Shown: piece by piece, positions 25,707 through 34,487 of the stretch | Position numbering within the stretch: position 1 is the first letter of the stretch | Layout of the letters: each line of letters begins with the position of its first letter | Origin: Paraglomus brasilianum | Lineage: Eukaryota | Direction of reading: 5' to 3' | NCBI GenBank assembly: GCA_910592345.1 | Contig: CAJVPI010000337.1 | Span: forward strand, 1-34,487 | Length of the DNA: 34,487 bases | Translations under genes and position numbers: made by a program | The notes under the pieces: model-generated | What the model was told of the DNA's origin: nothing | Seen by the model: the letters and a program-made list of their open reading frames with translations, nothing else | Databases searched by the model: none

Positions 25707-27729
25707 ATGTCTTCTATTGCGACTCTAAAAGAAGCGGAAGATCTTGCAAAGACCTCTCCAGAAAAAGCCGAGCTGCTATATACGAATATACTGGCACAGA
25801 ATGCCGGTTAGTATTATCCAAAATTTTTGGAAGAGGTCTTAAAAGTGCGCCTTATATCTTCTGATATCATTCAATGCATTGTAAATAAGTGCATTGATGT
25901 CTATCCTATTGATTATGTAAAGGCAACGACGAGACTGTGATCAGGCAACAAGAACAAGCTCTCGTAAAATTGGGCGAGCTTTACCGTGATCACAGGTATG
26001 TTTGTGTACCTCAACTTTATCAACCGATAGTAATTTGCGAAAAATATTCTTCTAATAGACTTCATTCTTGTAGAAAAGCTGAACAGTTATCGCAATTGAT
26101 TCGATCTTCACGGACGTTTATGTCTTCGATTGCAAGAGCAAAGACGGCAAAAATTGGTTGGTCCCATTTGAATTGATCTCTCTTTTTATTTCATCGCAAA
26201 TCATATTAACTGTTGTTTTTTATTCCAGTAAAGACGCTTATTGGTCTCTTTTCCGAGATACCGAATACACTTCCTCTCCAAATCGAGATATGCAAAGAAA
26301 TAATCCAATGGAGCATCGAAGAGAAGCGCATATTTCTAAAACAGTCTTTGGAAACGCGTTTGATAGCCTTGTACGTATAACCATTGTTGGCCTTTTAAAC
26401 GATCTAGCAGGATTTATAAATTTTACTTTTAATATAGATATCTTGATAACAAAATGTATCACGATGCTCTCACTTTGATCAATTCGTTGCTAAAAGAACT
26501 TAAACGTCTCGACGATAAGATGGTTTTGGTGGAAGTTCAATTACTGGAAAGCCGAGTGTGTCACGCTCTTCGCAATTTACCTAAATCAAGGGTAAATATA
26601 AGCGGATCTATGTTCAGTCCTTGAGAAGAAAATGGCTTATCGTTCGTGTTTCAAAATAGGCGGCACTCACGTCAGCAAGAACGACTGCGAATGCTATCTA
26701 TTGTCCGCCCCTTCTTCAAGCAGCTCTGGATATGCAATCTGGTATTCTGCATGCCGAGGATAAGGATTATAAGACAGCGTAAGCATATTGAATCTATCCA
26801 TCGGCTCTTACCGCGGTATCACGTACTCAAAGTTCACAGTCATCAGTTATTCATATTTTTATGAAACACTTGAAGGATACTCTTCTCAAGATGACCCCAG
26901 GGCAATTTTGGCATTGAAATATATGCTTCTTTGTAAAATTATGCTGAACTTGGTATGGGAATGGTTTATTGCATATTATTATGTTATAATACGATCGATC
27001 TTTAGTGAGCCATTTATGCTCTTTTAGTCGCAAGATGTGCATGCCATCATTCATGGCAAGCTTGCCCTTCGTTATGCTGGGCGCGAAGTTGATGCAATGA
27101 AAGCAGTCGCCACTGCCCATCAAAATCGTTCACTCAACGAATTCGAAAAGGCTCTAGCGACATATAGAGACGGTATGGAGATTTCTTGTACACGGAATAT
27201 GTAGTATTTCATTTTTTACACGTCAAGTAACATTCTAAATTTTTTGCTCACAGAATTACAGAATGATCCTATCATTCGTTCGCATCTCAACGCACTCTAT
27301 GATACATTGCTTGAACAAAATCTTGTTCGTATCATAGAACCATTCTCAAGAGTAGAGATATCGCACGTAGCAGAGATGGTGAAGCTGTCGACTGGACAGG
27401 TCGAGACAAAGTTATCGCAGATGATATTAGATAATGTCTTCCACGGAATTTTAGATCAAGGAGCCGGATGCTTGATTGTGTTTGATGGGCTACCGCAAGA
27501 CGTAAGTTGTTGACTAAATAAATACCGTTTTTAACTGAAAAGTGGGTTAACTTGTTGTTTTTTTTTATTTAGAAAACTTATGAGGCTTCTCTGGAAACTC
27601 TCAAACAAATGGGAAATGTTGTCGAGTCGTTGTATGAAAAGGTGCGGATGTCATGCTATTGATTCTTATTTACGTGTAACTGAACTAACAGGTCGGGTTG
27701 TATTCTCTTAGGCTGCTAAATTATCTTAG
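25707..27729 (+). CDS. RPN6: 26S proteasome lid subunit Rpn6/PSMD11, 11 exons
   Basis: [76 protein letters not shown], and the PCI domain [22 protein letters not shown]...KLSQMILD. Ten GT-AG introns in phase. Confidence 0.97.
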
Positions 27730-27807
27730 GAACGGAGACAAGACAGCATGCTATAGGCATCTGACCGCATACGCATTGTATGATTTCAATGCAACTACAT
27801 TTTTGTT

Positions 27808-28370
27808 TCAATTTGACTGCCCTTCTGGTCCTTCTCCACCAGGAATCAACTAGATTTGTGATAAGAGGTGTTCGATTGAACGCTTATTCATATAAACTCG
27901 TAATAAAATTATGTTAAATGCACTCACCATTGTGATATTGTTCCCATTTAAAAGGATCTGATCAAGTTTCGACGCTTTCTTGCCTTCAGCAGTATTGTCA
28001 CTAGGTCAATAACAAATTTAGCTAAACGTTGATGGTTTGAAGGAAAAACTTTCCTGATACTCACTATTCAGTTACATCCTCCAGTACCATGTCTACAAGT
28101 TAATATCAATGGAACTAAGGAGTAAATATTCTCAAGCAAACAATCGTACAATAATATCCAGTTAAAAAGGATACTGACATAGTCGTCAAATCCCAACAAC
28201 GTCCCAACAAACTCTTTCTCACTCTTCATTATTACCCATATGCGCGAGCCAATACACTTATCAATAAGTTCTATTAAACGACATGACTCATGTTATTGCG
28301 ACTTGTTAATAACAGCATATTATAAACAGACTATTTTACCTAACGGTAAAAGTTGGTTTGATACAGCCAT
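27808..28370 (-). CDS. LSM5: U6 snRNA-associated Sm-like protein LSm5, 89 aa. Exons 28370-28340, 28270-28175, 28092-28065, 28000-27928, 27849-27808.
   Basis: Spliced translation [89 protein letters not shown]. Exons sum to 270 nt. Confidence 0.97.
28093..28174 (-). other. Putative U12-type (minor spliceosome) GT-AG intron, LSM5 intron 2, 82 nt
   Basis: 5' splice site GTATCCTTTTT. 3' region CTCCTTAGTTCCATTGATATTAACTTGTAG with little polypyrimidine tract. Phase 1, within the Asn codon of FDDYVN. Confidence 0.85.
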
Positions 28371-28520
28371 TTTCGCGGACATATCGACACATGCGCCCCC
28401 CAATCTAAATACCATGAACATGACACAACCTTGTACAACGTCAAACGTGGCATTGTTTCTTTGAATTCCTTGTTCATACTTTCGTCTAAGCATTATATAT
28501 AACTGGGACAAAGCAAAAAA

Positions 28521-30512
28521 ATGGACAATACTACACATAAAATGAAGGCATCAGCAAGCAAGGCTTTGTCCCAAAAGACGGAGTTTGCTGGAGCTGCTGA
28601 TAAGAAGGCCATGTCATCTGTCAGAAAAAATGGCAAAACCTCTAGAACTGTGGCGGTACGTCCTTATAGTTATGAGAAAGTACTATAGAACAACTATCTA
28701 CTATAACCGGCATAAAAATCAAAGGTTGAATGTGAGCTATCTCCTCCAAAGCAACGAGTTCAAGAAATTTATTTCGACGCTCAGACAGGTTATAGCTGAT
28801 GGTTGTTCCATTCCCCACGATGCAGTCAAGCACTAAAGACAAGCAGATAGATATAAGATGAATATACATTATAAAGAGCACGCAGCCCATGTGCTTATAA
28901 TTGAGATGTTGTACGTAGCTGGAAGTACACATCCGATTATTCTATATATACCGAAAGCTTATTAATGGAAGGATTATTCAATAGAGGGATGGGCTACTCT
29001 GATTACGGACGAGTATTTTCAGCTCGAGATGTAACATTAAAGTTTGATACTAATCTAATTATATTACAGAAAGTTGACACTGATTTTTTTGCAAACATCG
29101 AAACTCCGTACGAAGATGCTCCGGCTACAGATTCATCTTCGCAAAAGGTGAACATTTTCGGTCGGTCGCTTCGTAAGTGTTTACTACTTGTATCTCCAGT
29201 ATGGTGGCCACGTCATAAGATTAGTACAAGTTCATCAACTATTCTCATCGTAGGGCCAATCGAGATGCAGTCGGATGTTTACAAGCCGAAGCCCTATGGA
29301 AAACCTCCAAAGGAAATCGAACAGGGGATGGACGCACGAACCTATTTCAAGACCAAATTCAACCCTTTTGAGCTCATTCCTTTGGGAAAAAAGTCACCTG
29401 CTCCGGCATCGAAATCGAATGGCACGGCGGCAAAAACTGTGCCCTCTTCACCAAAGACGGCAAGAAAGTCAACACCCACACCGTCCTCTTTCCGATACGC
29501 TACTACCAAGTCATCACTAACGTCGTCAGCGTCTAGGCTAACAACTCCTAGTATGTCCTACCCAGTCAATAGCCAGACAACAAGAATAAAATCCCAGCCA
29601 AGACCTCCTGCAAGACCCGCTAGCCCTACAAAATTTGGAAGTATAGCCACACCAATGCCCAAGTCGAAGTGGACGTCGGTAGTACTGGATTTAGACGGAA
29701 GAAGACGACCTCCGGTGACACCGAACTCTGAGATATTAAAGCGACGATCAGGTGTGGCTGTAAATACGACTTCGATTAATTCGAGAATGCCAAGTCAAAA
29801 CAACATGAGAGCGGCAAGTCAAACAAAAACTGGCATTGTTTCTTCGGCAACACTCTCGCAGAAGGCAACCATACCTTTAAAGAAGAGTACGGTATCACGC
29901 CCACCATCCATGACTGCATCATCCAAACGCACAGACACTTCTATGAAACCAATAGCCCAACCATCTGTTTCAAAAAACAAGTCAATGTTACAAACAACGC
30001 TTAAACACCCAGTTGGGAAACGCCCTCCAGCCGCACCAGGACGTTTGTTCGCTCTGTTCAAGGATTCGCAAGGCGGAGTCGAGTCTTCAAACAAGAAACG
30101 TTCTGCCAGCGATATCTTATCGGATCGCACATCGGTAACAAGAATGAATAAAAGAATAAAATCAGACAACGTTCCAACTCGACAGCTAACAAATTCAATG
30201 CGACGAGATGCGAGCTCAATACGAAAGACGCTGCCGGCGAAAAGAGATATTCCACGGCCTCGTAGTCATGTTTATGATGAACCGGTAGCCAATAGAATTG
30301 AAGTTCAAAAGGCTATCCGTGAACTATTTCCAAGTAGGAGGAGGACGACATACGATGACTATGATTCTGATTCTGATATGGAAGCTACTGGATTAGATAT
30401 TCTTGATGAGGAAGAACGGAGTGCTATGATTGGGAGGAAGGAAGATTTGCGAGAGGAGATGCTAGAGAAGCAAAGATTAAAAGCTAGAGCTAGGATGGCA
30501 GCAAGGAGATGA
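28521..30512 (+). CDS. SPT2: SPT2-domain chromatin protein/histone chaperone; 5' exon structure uncertain
   Basis: C-terminal DDYDSDSDMEATGLDILDEEERSAMIGRKEDLREEMLEKQR is the SPT2 motif, preceded by a basic S/T/P/K-rich disordered region. Candidate first exon 28521-28656 with a GTACGT donor; probable introns 29013-29069 and 29173-29253. Confidence 0.75.
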
Positions 30513-31393
30513 CATTTAGACAGTATAGATAACTTTACTATAGAGTACTGGACAGCCATGAAAAGAAACCCTATGTGGACTGCATACAATTTACGATCAC
30601 ATAGCTTGCTTGCGATAAGAGGGAAATTGATAATAATTTGTTTTATATAATACACATTTTCTTTCGGACAATTTCGCAACTAATCCTCTCGCAACAGTGC
30701 TGTAGACATTGACCTTTACTTAATTAAAACAATGAAACCTTATCAGTCTAATTTCACGATGAATTGTATAATGTCACGCTTTTCACAGAGACGCATAAGT
30801 CTCGATGCAGATTCTTTCGGCTCTTCGATCATATACGCCACTGTCCATTTGACTATTTTTATGTGTTATATGAATAGTGGCGAACTGAATGCAGGATGTT
30901 CACACAATCGCTAGTCGAAGTGCTAAATACACAGAACCAATCATTGACCCAGTTTAGTTAACTTGGTATTAGAAATACCTTGCATTCTGCGACTCGTCGC
31001 AGAGTATTTCATAGCACGTGTTATTAAAAAGCTAACTAATATAGTCCGGAATTTCTTTATTTAACATCATTGAAATGCATATCAAGCTAGCAGTACATAG
31101 CACCAAGTGTTATGATTATATCAATTTTAACCTTTAAAACTTGCTTACATCCTGTTATCTTGACCCTACACAGAAATGTTAACACACACAACGTTAAGCC
31201 AACAATAAATGATGATTGCGTATCATGTGGGAGACTGTTTCATACGATCGAAACCTACCATACGATGAAGAAAAGCTTTTTTTTTTTTTTTAAAAAAACC
31301 CAACTTGGTGCAGAATCACATGGTCAATAGTATAATATGCGCATGTGAGACATCTTCCTCCATTTTGAACATACTGATTGACATGCATCGTAG

Positions 31394-32839
31394 GTCAAAG
31401 AATGATGGAACACAGGACTCGGAAACCTTACCCGATCGATCACCAGCTGCTTTTTTAAAAGTTCTTTCTGAAGAACGTAAAGGATCGAGGTAAAAAGCAC
31501 TATTATTAAATTTCATTACTATTTGTCATCACTTCGTGATTTCTGATCCCTTGTTCGTCCATCTTCTTTCACATCTAACGTATCAACGCAGTAAAACACT
31601 TGCCCGAGCACGCTATGATCCCACGACGCACAAATGCCATTTATTTGCTCCCCGCGGGAATATAACTCAAACAATGGGACATTCCATCAACAATGAGGTC
31701 TTTCTTCGACCTGAAGAAACACTCTTCCTTCTTGAAAGAGGTGCAATGACTGTCGAGTGCAGCGGCGTAGAGATGAGCATTCAACAAGGTTATGCGACTT
31801 TCATTGGGAATGGAAAAGAGGCTGAAGAGGGATGGTTGACGTTGGAACAGTATCAGGTGGGCTAGCGGTGAATGCGATTGAAATATGATATGATCACACC
31901 CAGGACAATAACTCACGTTTCTGTGTTAACCTCCAAGACTTTTTATCTATATGGTTTTAATCACACACCTCCAAGGTTTACGCCTACTTGAAACGATTGG
32001 GCTATACAGTCATTCGACCGTTTCAAAAACAACTTGTCAAAAGAAAACTTCCCTCTCCATCTCAAGCTCGTCCTTCATTTGATACACAGCCATGCTCAAG
32101 TCCCTCAGGGATTGTATACAACAGTTTCTTCCTACCCACACTGGGAAGATTATTACACTTGACCTCGTGGTTGCTTGAGCTGGTCTTGAGGATACCGTTG
32201 AGGTATGGAGCGGAAATGCTAGGATGGTATCGGACCAATGCTGGAACAAAGAAAGAAAACGGTAAAAAGGAAGAGAGGATTAGGCCTATAGTCGATGGAA
32301 CAGAGACAAGTTACAGTAAGAACAGCTTAGTGATCGGATCTTCAGGCATTTCTTATTCTGTTCTTGTAAAGGGTAAAGCTGACATTTATCCATATAGGTG
32401 AGGTTTTCAATAAGTTAAAGATAGTAAGGCGTTATGATGAAGTCGATAGTATTACCGACAACGCGTCAACTGAGGGGAAAAGATCCACTTATTCGATATC
32501 GTTTTACGTGTACAAACCGAATCCGAGTTTCCGTAAGAAAAAGCCTAGACCACCTGATTACAAGATAGTCGTTGTCAGGTGAGAATTAAACCAACCATGC
32601 TTTCCGCATAAGCTCACACGATGTCGTTTATTTACTTGATGATTGATTTTCATAGCATTGAAGAGGCTAGTTCTCCATCGTATTATGAACTTGTAAAATT
32701 ATTGAGTGAAGACAACGAGAATATAGTCTTTGCGTTGGTCGATGAGGGAGACATGAGTTTCCTATCTTTTGAAGACATAAATTTTGGAAATTTACCAATT
32801 GAAATTGTCGGGATAGGCGAAGGCAAAAGAAGGAAGTAA
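31394..32839 (+). CDS. SEN54: tRNA-splicing endonuclease subunit Sen54; true start lies upstream and is unresolved
   Basis: VLSEER, RGNITQTMG, LRPEETLFLLERG, MSIQQGY, LEQYQ|VYAYLKRLGYTV, FYVYKPNPSFRKK.P.PPDYKIVVV, IVFALVDEGDMSFLSF. Four GT-AG introns within this span are in phase. Confidence 0.9.
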
Positions 32840-33798
32840 ATGTTAACATTGAATCCCCCAAGTAGTTGTGATGGTAAATTGACCGACATTATCATATTCT
32901 AGCAAACTCATCACAAAATGTGTACATATTTTATCGCTTCTAATATAATTAATCATCGAACGGTTTCTTGCAAATAATGTAATGAACGTTGTCAATTGCT
33001 GTCTGTACATAAAGAAATTTGCTTGCTCGCAGCCTCTGTTCGCCCCTGTAAAATTTAATAACGAGCAACCGTTCGAGTCATTAATAAAACTCTGTTGAAT
33101 TTTCTAACGTCTTTGATAATGTAACTCGAGTCTAAGCCACAGCCAGAGCATCACTCCATGGCATTGTTTCTTTAATATTCATTTTCGGTTACATAAAACG
33201 GTTATCTCGACCCTTTACTTATAAATACGCAAAGAAAATTTGCAGGGGCGGAGAAATAACAAGACTTAGAATCATATTTCGGACATGAGGTATGCTGGCT
33301 GCCACAAAACTAAATAGGCCGAACAGGACGCCAAGATTAAAAGTCAATCGTTTTCTGCGTTACGAAAATCAATGAATACATAAACCAGCACGACTTTATT
33401 GTCAAGTTACGCAATAACGCGCTTACACGATAGAATAGAGGTGTCTAAGAATAACAACTGGCCAATATATATATAAACGTGTTTGAACAAAAAAAAAAAA
33501 GACAAGTCGGTTAGAAAAATAACGGGAAAAGCGTCATATCAGAGCTAGTCAACCTTTGTCACTTACATGTTTTTATAGTATATCGAGTATGATCAATATG
33601 CATGTCCAAATCATAGAGCAGGTAATACGTGTGAAATCGAAGCATCACAAACTTTCGTGTCGCTAACATGCGGTGGCTGTAATGACCATACAGTGTGTAA
33701 AAAAATATTGGCGTAAACTTAGGTCCTATTCATTTTTGTTCCCACTTCAGGAAATGAAATGAATACATCAGTTTTCCCTTATTTTGTTCCTATAATAA

Positions 33799-34487
33799 TA
33801 CAGTGGTCGTCATAAATATCCGGAATTTAATCTCACAAACAAAAAATTTTATTTTCATTATTTTTGTATGCTTAAATTTCGTAAATATTTTACCAAATAC
33901 AGTTACTAACTATGTACAAAATTTCAATAATATATCTTTTTTCCCTCCCACTCAATTACCTCTGAACACGATTTTTCATACTATTTGCTAACCTAAGGAG
34001 GAGATTATCATCTAGACCCTCTCATTCCTGACGAATTATTGTTTAAAAGTCAATTGTTGAAAGCTTCTTTTTTTTTCATTAACCGCAAATTTACTTCTTT
34101 CTCCACTTTTCCCTTAAGTATTGCCCACAAATTCTCAATTGGGTTTTATCCGGCGAGTAAGCGAGCCAATCAAGAATGTGAATACTATGGCGCTCAAACA
34201 GGTCTTGCCTTGTGGATAGGGGAGTCATCCTGTTAAAAACAAGACTGACGATTTACTCTGGAAATGTAAGGAAAAAGGTGAGTTTCAAAAATTTGTTGAT
34301 ATCTTTTAGCATTGAGTTTTCAGCGAACAAAACAAGTGCGGTAGCGGTATTGTTGTTCTGCACTATTAGACCAAGGTGACGGCGTTGTGAATAGAGGTCT
34401 TTCAGGTATAGGAAGTGGCGTAACAATAGACCTTTCTTTAAGTCGATTGACTAAATCATACACTGTGGATTTCGGAAAACCTGTTAA
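33799..34487 (-). mobile_element. Internally deleted, degenerate Tc1-family transposon running off the right edge
   Basis: Minus strand gives HTH-like LTGFPKSTVYDLVNRLK, then NAKRYQQIFETHLFP, VF*QDDSPIHKAR, LDWLAYSPD.NPIENLWAILK and LANSMKNRV..VIEWEGKKIYY*. Terminus TACAGTGGTCGTCATAAATATCCG at 33799. Confidence 0.9.

Noticed and set aside
33924..34240. RIP-like mutation suggested by CAA>TAA and TGG>TGA stops in relics
   Set aside because: Too few sites, and no consensus to polarise the changes; ordinary decay explains them.

Overview
Eukaryotic, intron-rich genomic DNA from an early-diverging fungus. The degraded Sel1-repeat gene and the transposon relics suggest Mucoromycota, most likely Glomeromycotina; this is inference. 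Spliced genes in order: a possible terminal exon at the left edge, an orphan single-pass membrane protein with about 18 tandem 16-aa repeats (-), MET2 (-), DRE2/anamorsin (-), a RalGAP beta-like gene (-, 15 exons), RPN6 (+, 11 exons), LSM5 (-, 5 exons, not recovered by the ORF track), an SPT2-domain gene (+) and SEN54 (+). LSM5 intron 2 begins with a perfect U12-type donor (GTATCCTTT), implying a minor spliceosome. Intergenic DNA carries Tc1/mariner relics, a pogo-type MITE, a cluster of Sola-like transposase fragments and pseudogene debris. All gene models were built by hand and no database searches were run.
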